Origin: Hormiphora californensis
Lineage: Eukaryota > Animalia > Ctenophora
Assembly (NCBI GenBank): GCA_020137815.1
Contig: CM035356.1
Coordinates: 3,596,001-3,660,000, forward strand
Direction: 5' to 3'
Length of the DNA: 64,000 bases
In this document: positions 15,936 to 51,679 of the stretch, piece by piece
How the letters are laid out: every line of letters begins with the position of its first letter
Numbering within the stretch: the first letter of the stretch is position 1
The notes under the pieces: generated by a model
Database searches by the model: none
Told to the model about the DNA's origin: nothing
What the model saw: the letters and a program-made list of their open reading frames with translations, nothing else
Made by a program: the position numbers and the translations under genes

Positions 15936-17506
15936 ATGCAAAAAAGGGTCATAAGTCGACCTGCTAGACCGTTGTGCAAGAAAAGTGGATCCGTAGATTC
16001 CTCAGACAGGTAAGTTTCTTTACTAACTTGAAACTTGAAACTTGAAAAATAATTGAGGCTATCAAACAAATGACCACCTTTCAACTCAACTGTCCTTTCC
16101 TCGCTCATCACTTCTAAACTCAACAAATTGAATTTCAATTCTCAGTGGTCCCTGGTGCTTCCACCACCTCCTTCCCACGAATGAAGTAATGTTTTCCAGG
16201 AGACCTTTGCACCATTTTCTTCAGTCGATCAACAAGCTGTCTTCTCTCATTTCGTTCCTCCAAAGTCCTGTCAGGCGAAATGAAGACCTTATCGAATTTG
16301 CCGGTCCTTTTTAGTCGGGATTTTTTCGACAGGATCGACATCTGAGCGTCTCTGCTCTTCAGTACGACTTTCACTGGTCTGACAGTTAAAGACTGCCTTC
16401 CCAAGCGCTCCACTGATTTCACGTTCTGAGTCTCTCCTAGCTCAACAAGAAGAGACTCTACTTGAGTTTCAAGCTCCACACTACTATTTATTGACTCTTG
16501 CAGGCCATGGATGATGATGTTACACCCACGGTCCTCAGAGGCTGCCACAATAGCTGATTGAATTTTCTAAATCACGATATCAGGCGTCTACAGTTTAATA
16601 TCATTCTTTTTTTAGGTCGATAACACCAACAGAAAATGAAGTCAAGGAAAATCATCCTAAAACCCCCAACATAAAACCAGTTCGGACTGGTGTCATCAAG
16701 ACTCCAACGAAGCAGACTCCAACAAGGACACTCAAACCTGCCTCTCGACTAGCATCTCCTCGTGTTATCAAAGATAAAGTGTACGTATTTAAGGAATTTT
16801 CATTATTTGCACAGTGGCACTTATATTAATCCCATTGCAGATCTAAAACGGATAATCCCCGAACCCCAATAACTCGTTCTGCAACACCCAAGAAAGGAGG
16901 CACATCGCCACATTGGAAGGCACCTTCCAAACCACAGGAAGGCTTTGGGCACGTCAGACCATTGCCTGGTAGAGGTGGACCAAGAAAGCAGAAGAAGGTG
17001 TACAACCCTTCCTCACTATTTTCACTTTGTCAGGGAGCTGTAACAACCCTTGTTGTCCCAACCGAGGTAATTAATTCTCAAAGCATGGTTCTAGAATGCT
17101 TGTCTTCATCTGCACATTAATTATATCCCTCTCTCAGATTTCTGATATATCTTGTAGAACGTGTGTCGTGTAGCAGCAGTAGCAGTAGAGGTTACCATGT
17201 TTTTTGTCTATCCAATATCTTCTCTCTTCTCCATTCTCTTTCGTTTGCAGGTGTTAAAAATTCTATGCTTGTTTTCGTCATGTTGATCTCTTCGTTGTAC
17301 TGGAGAAAAATAACAATAGCTGATTGTAGTAATGATTCCTCTCTCTCTTTTCTCTCTCTCTCTCCCTCTCTCTTTAATTATATTCCATTTACCGCCCTAC
17401 TCCGGGCCGGGGCCAGGGGGTTGACATGCATAAGAAACCCCTTCATTTATCTAGCTACATAATGCATCTCTCGTTAGTGAATCCTCTCTCTCTTTCTCTC
17501 ACTCTC

Positions 17507-17560
<54 letters not shown>

Positions 17561-18255
17561 ACTCACACTCTCTCTTTCTCTCTAACAGGTGTCGGAGGAT
17601 GTGAAAGACGTAATCAAGAGACGTGTCTACAATCAGGCAGTTCTAGGAACAGTCTGGAGCACGGTGAGTTATGAGCCAAGCATGGGGGGGGGGTGTGGGG
17701 TCAACGTGAAGTTGAGTGGTACTTCAAGTGAGTAGATCTACAAATACCATGTGGACTCAAATGTGATTTCCAGATCTGTATCTATCCCCTTTCTCTCTCT
17801 ACTTCTCTGTAATTGAAATGTGATCATGTCGTTAGAGTGGCACACGATGATCATTACAAACACACATACTGGGGTAAGAAGAGCAAAGTTTATCCGAATA
17901 CAAAAAGGCAAACATATGCAATAAATTTAATTTCAAAACCCAAAGACGAACCCCACTCCCAGTACAACGGGGGCCAAAAAGGGGGGAAAAGGGTAAAGGA
18001 AAAAATGGATGGGGAGAGAAAGAAACCCATTTACTTTGACCCCGTGGGCCCTTGTTTTACATTTTTTGGGGGTTTTCCCGGGCCCTTTTTTTTGGGCCCT
18101 TTTTTCTAATCCATAATGTTATCAGGCAACACCCGCAGGTTTTTAAAATTTGGGCTGTAATAATCTCTTGATCTCTCAAAAACAAAATGGGGGTTATATT
18201 TTACCAAAATTTTTCCCCCCCCCTCCCCCCCCCCCAAATTAAAATTTTTGGGGGG

Positions 18256-18292
<37 letters not shown>

Positions 18293-18852
18293 AGGGTTTT
18301 TGGAGAAGCAGGGAGGGAATCCAAAAAACTTCTTTTCACTCCGGGGTTCCCCCTTCCCCTAATCCTTTCCTTTCCTCTCTCTCTCTCTCTCTCTCTCCTC
18401 TCCCTTTTTCTCTTTCTTCTCCTCTATCTTTCCTCTCTCTTTTCTCCTTTTCCCCCCCTATCTTTCTCTCCGCTCTCTTCTCTTATTTTCTCTCTCTCTC
18501 TCTCCCCCTTCCCCTCCTTCTCCCCCTCCTCTCCCCTCTCTCCATCTTTCTCTCTGGCAACAAGCTGTTTCCTCATGCACACCCTGCTGCCTCCCTGTCA
18601 TTCTGAGTGGGTAATTGTATCTGCTACCTGAGAGAGGGAGGGACAGAGAGGGAACAAGAGGGACAGAGAGAGAACAGGCTTTTGTTGTTAGTAACCACTT
18701 TGCCACTTTGCTCCTTGTTTGTTCCTTCTACGCAGCTCCCACAGGGTGGTGTCTCCAGCAGAACCAGTGACAACTTCTCCGTCACAGTAACAGCAGCCCT
18801 GCAGCAGTTCAATCAGAGTACCATTGTGCAGGAGTTGTCCTTTGATTTGTAA
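15936..18852 (+). CDS. Orphan basic, TP/SP-rich protein; exons 15936-16009, 16616-16780, 16841-16997, 17034-17066, 17589-17663, 18736-18852
   Basis: Six segments join in frame through GT-AG sites: MQKRVISRPARPLCKK...KTPTKQTPTRTLKPASRLASPR...VIKRRVYNQAVLGTVWST|LPQGG...QELSFDL*. No family recognised. An exon could be hidden in the noisy 17.9-18.5 kb tract. Confidence 0.7.
16135..16560 (-). pseudogene. LINE ORF1 (CR1-type RRM/CTD) fragment inside an intron
   Basis: NIIIHGLQES...RLGR...RPVKVVLKS...KVFISPDRTLEER motif set typical of CR1/L2 ORF1. No ORF2 follows. Confidence 0.75.
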
Positions 18853-20896
18853 CTGCACCCAGAATACTGCACCGGTATCTCAGTACATCTCTGTACCATC
18901 GTTCATATCTCTGTACTAGCTGAGTGGTGGGGATGGAGCATGTGGGTGCTACCATTCTTAGTGGTGCGGTTCTATCACTTCTCTACTACATTCAGGTAAT
19001 TATACCCACTATGCTACTACAAATTAAAAACAGCGGTGGTTTTACGATCTATACAATTGTTTCATGGTGTCTCACGAGGAGACATCAATCACTATACTAC
19101 TATGTTATAGTTAGCATGAATCAATATCAATAAAGGGCGGGAATAGTTTATCAGGGACCTCTCAAGAGAGTGACTGATTTAGCGAATCAAGTAAAGATCC
19201 AGGGGGCGAGAAGTGAGAACTTCCCTCGCGGACTCGTGAATGCAATTTTCTGGAATGTGATATTGGTGACTAATCGATCTCCAGTAATCTATTTCCCGGG
19301 GCAACCCTGTATTGCAACATTTTCCCTTCTCAGATCTGTTATTAAAGGGATCGGTGCGGTTATTAATTGACCGTGTGTGTATATCAATCATAATGAATAA
19401 TCTGGTTTTTCTCTTTCCGGCTGAAAAAGTAATTAGACGGTCTTCCGTGTATGCAGGAGTTGTGTTTTTAGCAATACTCTAGAATATTCTGATTGTATTT
19501 TTTGTAGGTATGCAATATTTCTGACCACCTTTCCACGCTGTGCTCTATTTCAGGCCCGCTCAGGGCCCCGTCTTTGGACCGTTGCATATTTTAGTTTTCG
19601 CACGTGTTTAGTTTTAGTTTTTAGATGAGGTCCCCCTACATAATATGCTAGTACTCATTGAGAAATCATCGTTGCTTGTGACTGAGTAGTTTCAGTACTT
19701 TTTATATTTCCAGGAACACAGAATCATTGTGGTAGTTGGGTAGTACCCTTCGTGGGGTAACTCAGTTGAACACAGGGAGGACACAGCTGGGAAGCAGAGT
19801 CACCCCATAAAGGGTACCATCCAGCTACCACAATGATTTTCCTGCTCTTCTCATTCTTCACTAACTTATCAGATTTCCCACAGTCAATAATATTAGCTGT
19901 GTAATAGTTTATCTGTCTGGATCTCACTAACCGAATAATTATTAACCTAACCGATATGTAGGCATCCGTTTAGCCTAATTTGATCAGATATATGCCCTAG
20001 ACTCACTACTTGCACAAGCTACTGCTGCACCTTTGAAAGATAAGAGTTAGATGGAAAGAGGATACCCTTGTTGCAAGGGACGAGAAAACTCTTGTTTTGC
20101 ACATATCGATTATCTTGGCTTCCCAGTTCAAACTCTTGTCTAGGGAGACCGGAAGCGTTTCTCTTCGTTTTGTACTCATAACCACATTTCGCCTCGCCCA
20201 CCTGTCTTTCTCAGTCGAATAGTGTTTGTCTTATGACTATGCTGTGTGTGTTTCAGGGCTCTCAGCTTGCTTGTATTCCCACGCCGTCCACAATATCACT
20301 TTCACTTGACATGGATTGAAAGCAATTGAGAGTGGAAAGAGAGAGACAAAGAAAGAAAGAGAGATTCCTTGACTATTCAGAGTTTTGTCTTGCACGTCGT
20401 GTCTACTGAAACGATCCTCCCCCACTCAATATTCTGACAGACCACAGTCCCACTCTTTGTTATTTGACCCTGTTTCATCTGATTGGATTTCTCTCTTGAT
20501 TGACTCCTAGCTTCATCGTAACATCTGGTTTTCAGTAATTGGGTACTTTGTTGTTGCCCTAATTGAGTACTTTGTTGTTGCCCTAATTGAGTCCCTATCT
20601 GAGGTAGTGTTGCGTGGCATGTTGCCCATGTCCCTAATTGGCCCAATCAAGTTCTCCCCCTCTCTCTCACATCCAATTGTAGCACAGGGTTGTTCATTTG
20701 ATTTGTGTGTGTTTTGAAGTGTGACAGTTGCTGCCCCATTGCACCTTTCCACCCAACTTCTATTGCACTTCTGTATTGCATCCTTCCACCCAACTTCTGC
20801 ACTTCTGTAGTGATACCATGGTCCTTCCCTTTCTGTCATGCTTCACCGCAGGAACAGCTGATTTTAAACATACCCGGGTGAGTACTTACCCATATA

Positions 20897-21799
20897 TTAG
20901 GTTGTTCCACAATGATCGGGACTGAGGCTATACACCACGCTATGCAGCCCCCTGAATCAAACTGACGGTACTACCGGGTTAATTGGTTAATTTGAAAGAG
21001 AAAAACTGGTATTAGTTTTGCCGCTACCTGTTTGGTTGCGGAATTAGGGCCAATTTTCAATATCTCGAAATACCCGCCGCCGAAAGGCCAATTATTGACC
21101 AATAAAGGTACCTTATTATGATCCAAATTTGGTTTAACGCTGGTTGGGATTACTCTTGGACTTAACCGAGCCGTTCGTGTGAAATTCGTTGGCAAATTCC
21201 GGTTTCATAGCTCAATATCGACAAAAGTTCACAAAAAATAGACGAAAAACGACCCAAAAAAGTTGCAATTTTTAAGCAATTTTTCTAAAACCCAAAAAAA
21301 AGTACAAAAAAGACCATTTAAAGGTTTAAAATGGATGGATTCGCAAAGAGAATCGTTTCAATTAAATTTTTAGCTATCAAGAACTTGTTTTGGAACCACT
21401 ATGCGCTGGCAAGGGCCACAGTTTCTTGGAAATTTCTGATTTTTAGCTCTAGTAGGAAATGACTTCTGCGCCGAGCAAAATTGAAATTTGAGGAAAAAAA
21501 TTCACTAAAGTTTAAGTTCAGACAATTCCTGAACGCCTAGTACTGTTTTCGTTATTGATTTTTGAAATTTTCTGTGACTCAGAGCTTCTTTAAGAAAGTC
21601 ACTTTTTTCATTTTCGGCAGCCAAAAAAGTGAGATTTTTAAAGTGGACTTCCTGGTTCTTACAAAAACGCAACAGGATCTTAACAAAGCTTCTTAGAACA
21701 GAAAAATGTCCCAAAAACACGATGGTGTTGGCAGAATTCCCCTAAGTTGGCTAGTTTTTGATTTATACCTACAGTCCCGATCATTGTGGAACAACCTAA
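20897..21799. mobile_element. Non-autonomous TIR DNA transposon, TA-flanked (Tc1/mariner-like)
   Basis: TA|TTAGGTTGTTCCACAATGATCGGGACTG ... CAGTCCCGATCATTGTGGAACAACCTAA|TA. No transposase ORF. Confidence 0.85.
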
Positions 21800-22901
21800 T
21801 ATTATGTCCAGTACATGGTAATGAAATTACCCCTCTGTTATTATTGCTCATTGCATTGTATGCAATAAAAGGGGCCAAGTCCAGTACACATGGTGGTAGT
21901 AACTTGTTATGTTCTAACCCTCCTTTACATTTGTTTCCCGTGCAGGGTGCGGTGAAACAGGGTCAAGCCAGGCAAGTAGTGCCCATATATTTTCCAGTAT
22001 ATAGAACTGAGTTGTTTCAGTGATAGGGAAATGAATAGTAGGATTAGGAGATATTACCCTCCCTTCGCATGGCATACAACATTAATTTTCTACCCAAATA
22101 TTATATGCTGATACATTCATTGTTCATGACCCCCCCTCTATCTCTATCTATCTCTATCTATCTATCTATCTCTCTCAAAACACCCTGCATCCCGTGTGTA
22201 TTGAGTATTCTCGCCGCAACATATCCAGCCTCTCCCGTGATTAGCTCTTGCTGCTGTACCCATCACTGGTACCGGAGCAGGAACTGACATAATTCAATCG
22301 GCATAATAATAATAGTATAATTATATGCTCCTATTATACCTGAAGTGCATACATGGTATTATAATTGGCCACGTGACAACAACTGATCCCCTTTATCATT
22401 TTATTTATAGTTGGCTTTCAGATATATCGCTATCTTGAGCTAGCGTGTGTGTGTGTGGATTTGTGCAGCTAACAAGGCGTAATAGCTCTTTTGTCAACAC
22501 AGTACTAGTAGTACCCTGCAAATATTATACCTCCTCACTGTCACTTGTCAACTGCCACTTTTGTACTTTTGTATACTTTTGTTCTGCATTCTACTGCTGC
22601 ACAAGTTCCTGCGGATCTCTGCAGTCACCAGACACTATATTGTACATACATATCAGACCTGATCTGAGCAGAGTTGAGGCGGTGTATAAACTGGTGTTGT
22701 CGGCATAGTAGTGTGGAGATACACGCTTGTGTGTTGCCCTGGTAATATCTTGGTACTATCTCTCTTGGCAATCTCTCGGTACTCTCTCTCGGTACTTTCT
22801 GATCGGTACTCTGGTACTCTCTCGGTACTTTCTGATCTGTACTCTGGTACTCTCTCGGTACTCCGAAGATAAAGTCCAAGCTAGACAACTGATGTGAGAT
22901 T

Positions 22902-44617
<21,716 letters not shown>

Positions 44618-45510
44618 TATATCAGCAGACATGATTTCAGACATCCATGATACCTGTAGGCATTGTTAAATTAAAACTGTTTCGGAAATATTGTTCTGTA
44701 CTTTTTTCCCTTATTGTTTTTAACATTCTCGCTTTTTTTCAGGTCGAAGACAAGCAAGAGACTATTTGAAGAAGCAGCAGCCGAAATTCTCCCTCTCCAT
44801 CAGTAGAGAGAGAGAAAGAATGTGAAAAAAAGAAAGCTGGAGCAGTCAGGTGTCATCTTTTGTCGGGCGAGAAAGTGAAACAGAGAAAGTGGGATGTGTC
44901 TTAGTATGAGATATGCCAATATGAACAATGCTACGAAGAGGCATATGTAACGAACAATAAAATGTTTATTTGTAGTTTTCCCCCTGAAACTTCTCTCTCT
45001 ATCGCGGTCTTGTGCAGAGCAGTGCCATGTCCCCACCCATATTATTTGTAACCCCCCTCTTTTTACTGATATGTCTATGCTTTTAAGATAAATCCTATTT
45101 GGAACTTTTCAAACCAACCAAAATCCGTGTTTTGTGCTGTGTTCCGGTGGGTAGTTGGGTGAGGTAATTACTGCTCACTTAAATCCACACCTAACAACAA
45201 CGACTGCTGGTGAACACTCTGTTTCTCTGTTCCGCTTAGCACGGCGTCTGGTTCCGCTCTGGTCACTATCCCCGATACTTCTTGGCTGGCCGGGGTAACT
45301 TTACGTTGCGCGCGAGCGACATGCTCTTGAAATGTGGAGGATTGCGCGCTGACATCGCATTGTTCCCGCTGTTGTACGCGCGCGCACTCTACAACATTTC
45401 CTGGTCCTTGTGGAATGGTCACAACCTATGGCTCCAATTGAATTGTTCATACCGGAGCACGGAAACAGTGTCAAGCGACTCAAAACTCCAAGACGATGAA
45501 TTGATTTATT

Positions 45511-47652
45511 GGTAAGTCGGAAGAACCTGTCCGTTCCTCTCATGAGCGCTCATGAGTGTATCATGAGTGTCATGAGTGTATCATGAGCGCTCATGAGTGC
45601 TCATGAGACCTTGCTCATGAGCGCTCATGAGACATATGTCTCATCCCATCTCTGTTTCAATGTCTCATGAGCGCTCATGAGACGTTTTGACCAGGAAGCG
45701 ACCGAATATTCGGTTCGGTTCGGTTCGGTTCGGAAATTCGGTGTTTTTTGGGCGGTTCGGTTCGGTTCGGTTCGGTAGGAAATTTTGGCCGAACCACCGA
45801 ATTTTTTGGTCAAAAAATGCCCAGAAATCGGGCTTTTTCATGCAAAATTTTTCAATTATTTCACGAAAATTGTATGGATTTCAATGTCAATTTCGCCGTA
45901 TTAACCCTATTTCGAATCGGTGGTGCTATGTGGAAATGATTTCGCTAGTTAGCGGGTTCGATATGGATTGATTTGATGCCTGACTTCCCGTTGAATCGTG
46001 TCCTCATGAGAGGGTCAACAAATTCAGAAACTTTTTTTTTCAAAAAATTCATGGAGAGCACCGATCAAGGTGTTAAGAATCATTCTCTGAAATTTTGTAA
46101 AAAAGTTTGGAAAATATTTCAAAGTCAATTTTATGGAAAATTTTCTATGTCAATTTTTGCGTACGAATCGTGTTTCGAATCGGTATTGCTAAGCGGGAGT
46201 GATGTTGCTAATTAGTGGGTCCGAGATGGATTATGCTGATACGTGATCCCCCATCAAATCTAATTAGAAAGTTTACGGGAAACGATTCATGTTTCAATAA
46301 ATCCTGCTAATTAGCGAGAGCACTGCCGCATAGCATCACCGATTCGCAACACGATTCGTACGGCAAAATTGACATATAATTTTTTTCCGAAATTGACTTT
46401 GAAATATTTTGCAAAGTTTTTTCACAAAATTAAATGTTTCTCTAAAAATTCATGGAGAGCATCGATCAAGGTATTGAGAATCATTACCTGAAATTTTGTG
46501 AAATTTTTTTTGTGAAAAATATTAGTAAATATAAAGTAAATTATGGTATACGAATCGTGTTTCTAATCGACAATGCTAAACGGGAGTGATATTGGTAATT
46601 AGTGGGTCCGAGATGGATTGTGCTGATACGTGATCCCCCATCAAATCTAATTAGGAAATTTAGAGAGACACGATTCATGGTTCGTTTAATCCTGCTAATT
46701 AGCAATACCATTCCCGTCCCATTCCCGTATAGCATTGCCGATTCGAAACACGATTCGTACGCAAAAATTGACATAGAAAATTTACGATAAAATTGACTTT
46801 GAAAATTTTTTCACAAAATTGACTTTGAAATTTTTTCAAACATTTTTTAACAAAATTTCAGAGAATGACTCTCAATACCTTGATCGGTGCTCTCCATGAC
46901 TTTTTAGAGAAACATTTATACAGAAAAAGTTTTGTATGGTTCGGTTCGGTTCGGTTACCGAAATTCGGTTCGGTTCGGTTCGGTAAAAAAGTTTTTCAAA
47001 TTCGGTTCGGTTCGGTTCGGTGGAAAAAAACCCGGTTCGGTCGTTTCCTGGTTTTGACCTACATGTGCTCATGAGTGTATCATGAGACATGTCTCATGAG
47101 ACATATGTCTCATGAGACGTTAGGGTTAGGGTTATGGTTGGGTTTAGGGTTGGGCTAGGGTTAGGGCTTTCCTTTAGGTCTAGGGACCCGTAGGGATAGG
47201 GTTAGGGTTGACCCATAGGCTTGGACCTAGCCCTACCCTCTACGGGTCCCTAGACCTAAAGGAAAGCCCTGACCCTAAACCCAACCCTAAACCCAACCAT
47301 AACCCTAACCCTAACGTCTCATGAGACATATGTCTCATGAGACATGTCTCATGATACACTCATGAGCACATGTAGGTCAAAACGTCTCATGAGCGCTCAT
47401 GAGACATTGAAACAGAGATGGGATGAGACATATGTCTCATGAGCGCTCATGAGCAAGGTCTCATGAGCACTCATGAGCGCTCATGATACACTCATGAAAC
47501 ACTCATGATACACTCATGAGCGCTCATGAGACGTTGAAACACCTAAAAACGTCTCATGAGCGCTCATGATACACTCATGATACACTCATGACACACTCAT
47601 GATACACTCATGAGCGCTCATGAGAGGAACGGACAGGTTCTTCCGACTTACC
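45511..47652. mobile_element. Second Merlin-like palindromic element built of CTCATGAG repeats
   Basis: TIR GGTAAGTCGGAAGAACCTGTCCGTTCC / GGAACGGACAGGTTCTTCCGACTTACC with 8-bp TSD GATTTATT. After removing the nested insert it is almost a perfect palindrome centred near 47215. Confidence 0.9.
45692..47050. mobile_element. Nested non-autonomous hAT-like element with (TTCGG)n subterminal repeats
   Basis: CAGGAAGCGACCGAA ... TTCGGTCGTTTCCTG with 8-bp TSD GTTTTGAC, plus internal direct and inverted duplications. Confidence 0.88.
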
Positions 47653-49149
47653 GATTTATTTATTTGTGTCACAACGTACTACTCCCAGTACGTTTCAGTA
47701 GACCACATTAAAAGAGCTGGGTTAGTTGAACAAGCAATACACAGTTGTTTTGGAATTTTATAACTTTGAAAAAAGAACACGGCATAATATGGAAGATTGA
47801 CAGAATAATAAACGGTGAAGAAATTACTTTGATTTATTTTTCAAAAGACTTGATCCGTCAACCTTCCATTCTTTGAGCCACTAAAAACAATCACGCTCAC
47901 TTTTCTCGGGACACTTTTGGATAATATAACGGAAGAAGCAAAAAAAAATATTCGGCCTGCTTGTTGGTGATTTATACATATACGTGAAAATAAACAGATC
48001 ACATGCAATTCGGAGAGCTATCACTCTCTTTTATACATAATCTTGTCACCCATGGGTGAATATGGCTGGATTATTGACGTTGGAAAACTCACATGTGATC
48101 TGAATAAAACACCATATATGGGTTTACAAGAAATCAAATCCTAATAAGGTATTAAAGTGTTGTATTAGGACAAAATCTATCTGCTGTGGTGATGTTAAAC
48201 GAACAATCAAATGAAACTAACTATAGGAACATTATCTATTCCTCTCTCATATTTTTCTCATTTTCTCTGTCTCCCTCAAGTCTTCCTCACTCTTTAATTC
48301 TCTTAATTCTCACTCTCTCTCTCTCTCCCTCTATCTCATTTAATCTCTCTTTCTCTACTATAATCGTATTCTGCATTCTGTAGCAATGGTTATACACAAA
48401 AAACATTAATCTATTACGCATTCCAATTTGGGCTGCAAACACGCTGGGTAGTGGTTAGTCCCTAAATATATATATTGAAACCTTACCAGGTAAATACACA
48501 ACGAAGAACAGGGTTTTTTTTTGTACCGCGGGATACCCAAATTTCCTGGCCCTCATCTCGTATAGATCGAGGGATAGGAAACTGTTGAATCAATGCTATT
48601 GCACTGTTTTGAGTTGGGTCTAATCGCAGTGACAAAATTACCTGGACTTTTATTCAAGCAGGATATATTTATACTAAATCATAACACAGAAAACTTAATT
48701 ACTCTCTCTTTCTCTTTCTCTTTCTCTCATTCTTTCTCCCTACAGAGAAAAATACAGGTAGACAAAATACACAGAATATATATAACTAGATATATAGGAT
48801 GTCGTTACAAACACACGCCTTTTTGGCTCATACTTGCCAATCCTGAATAAAGATTTGTCAAAATCGTCCAGGAGTAGGAGACACTAGCGTGGTGTGCGCT
48901 AAAAAAGCGCCCCACCGATATGTGTAATGACATGTGTGTGGCACGCATTTTTTGTGCGTACTACCGCTTGTGCCTCCCTAATACTGGAGATTTTGGCAAA
49001 TTCATCCAGGATACATCAGATAAAAGACATGAAGATAACATGAAAACAAGTTATATAATATAATCAATACGTTAAACATATGATACGCCTAAATAGCGAA
49101 AATAGAAGAGGGACACTCTCTTGAAAATAATCTCTCTTACTCTCACTCA

Positions 49150-49228
<79 letters not shown>

Positions 49229-51679
49229 TCTCTCTCTCTCTCTCTCTCCCTCTCTCTCTCTCTCTCTCCCTATGTTGTGCTCGGACAGCTCGGGGTGAGG
49301 GAGGGAACTAGAACGTGCCACCCTAATAACAACAAACAACACACTCTGATACCACCTCGTGCAGCACTGCATGGTTATGAAGGGGTGGAAGAGGGGAGAG
49401 ATTTCTAATACCCCTCCACCTTACACCACCCACACACCCACAGATGCATCACATGTTAAGGAGTTTAGAGATATGTTAGGAGTTGTCACGGGCGGAACAC
49501 TGTGTGCACCCTCTCGCCCCTGCCGATTTAGTATACACACACAACTTTCAAAAAATTAAGCGCCCCGAATTGTTATATAATGTATCATGTTTGGACAAAA
49601 AAGAAACAATAAGAAGGAGCGGCTTAGTTAATACGTGTCGTCACGTGATATATTATATATAATTATATATATACGAAGCAACACACACACACACAAGTGC
49701 TGATATATATACCTCTACATGATCCCTACATGATGAAGTGGGCAACTGGGTGGTAATGTGAAATTCCCAAGAATATTATATATAAAGGTCTAATGTTTCC
49801 TAGTTGTACTTGAGACGTGATTAATTAGATATATTACCAAAGATATAATTAATATATCATATTATATTGTATAAGACTTTTGCAAAAAAGTATAAACATT
49901 AGCCGATGACCAATTACAAATAATTGGGCATTATAAGCAAGACTGTAGATCTAGATATAATCAGCAGACTCTCTCTCTCTCTCTTTCTGTAGCTCTTTAG
50001 GTCACGGGGTTGGTTGCTAATAACAAGCTTTATACTTCAGTAAAGACGACAGATAAAACTGCAAATTGATGTGAATTATCCCTCTTTTTCTCACTTTGTC
50101 ACTCATCACCGGTGCGTGCTTAATTCGAACTAATTTAGAACATAATTCGAACATAATATTTAATAAATGTTTTTGTACTGTTTGCGTTTCACTAACCGGT
50201 GATAATTAAACTGAATAATATACTTCTGGGTCTCACAACTTAGCCAGTTTTCCTATTCATGTGCTAATTGCTAACTAATCTACTGATCTTTAACAGTACC
50301 CACTGCATTTTTCACTCTAAAGGATCAGTCACACACAAACAAACACACCGACACACACACACACACAAACTGCCTCATTTGATACACTACTGATCTCTCT
50401 AACCTTCTCTCCATCCATCTCTCTCTCTATCCATCCATCTCTTTGTCCCTCTCTCTCTCTCTCTCTCCCTAACTACTTCTCTCGCCTCCTGCTAGTGACA
50501 ACAGCTAAATTTACCAGGAGTAAAAACTGCTATAATAGCAAAAATTATCTCAATACATTTCTTCTCTCCCCTCTCAGCATAAGAGAGAAACAAAGCGGGG
50601 TAATTTATATCAGGAGAGAAAACTCAATTTATATTGTCTTTTTTTCTAATTTTTCTAGTTTCTAGGCCAGTTGATAAGTTAATATATAACTATTGTATCA
50701 ACATTGTGTATGTTTGGTAAAAAGAGAAAGATTGTGGAACTACCGAACAAGTCACTTATTATCTTTCCCTTCTCTTTCTGAATGTTTTTACATAATATAT
50801 ACCAATCAACTGACCCTTGCAGTTTATTAAAAAAGGCTCCCTTTCTCCAAGGGAGCTAATAGGAGAAGTAACATATGGTTGAGTAAGGTAGATAGCCTTA
50901 TTAGTGTAAAAGGAGCACAGATAATACATAATGCACATTCCCACCGATATTTCTTCAACAAAGCTGGAAGTTGTAGGTTGGAAGGAACACTATTCTAGTA
51001 CTCGGTCGCGACACTGTTAGCCTAACACTGTTAGGGCCCGCTTTCTCTCTTTCTCCCTTCGTCCTCTATTTCTCCAAATAGATCTCAAAAACAGACACAC
51101 GCACACACTCCCAGGTAAGGCAAACATATAGATACCTTTAATAGATATATTTCAACACACAATATATAGTACTCATATATTGCTGGTGTGGAAAAAACGA
51201 AACGCCAACTTTTAGGAGAGATCGTATCATGTTTTACGACGTTCCAAAACTGTTGAAGAACGGTTGAACACGCAGACAATATAATAATAAACAGGGGCTA
51301 AAGATGTAAAATTGCAAAATTGCAACTATCCCAATGTATTACGACCAGCTATACTTTTATTTCGCATGGAAACAAATCGTGTAGTGATCTCCTTTCTAGT
51401 CATATATAACCACTCTCTCTCACAAACAAACAAACGGTGACAAATGTAACAAGTGATACACTAGGGCACTCGTTCTTACTACTGCACAGTGTGCACTTCA
51501 TCAGGCTTTACTGCAGGGGTAACAGACCACTAATGTAAAATGTACTACAGTATACATTAAGTATACAATAACTGTATACAATAAGTATACATTATACACT
51601 GTTTCCATAAAGGTGTCATACAGCAGAAAATGTAAAACACCGTCACACAAAGTAACAATGTTGTACATCATATTTTAGC

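Noticed and set aside
17900-18550. ORFs and homopolymer-rich sequence (poly-T, poly-C, poly-G)
   Set aside because: It looks like low-coverage, error-rich read sequence, so the ORFs are not credible.
20019-20839. Cluster of minus-strand ORFs (108, 89, 62 and 60 aa)
   Set aside because: No recognisable motif, and I could not build a consistent exon chain.
44800-45036. 78-aa minus-strand ORF with a hydrophobic stretch
   Set aside because: No splice or homology support, and it overlaps the probable 3' UTR of the plus-strand gene.
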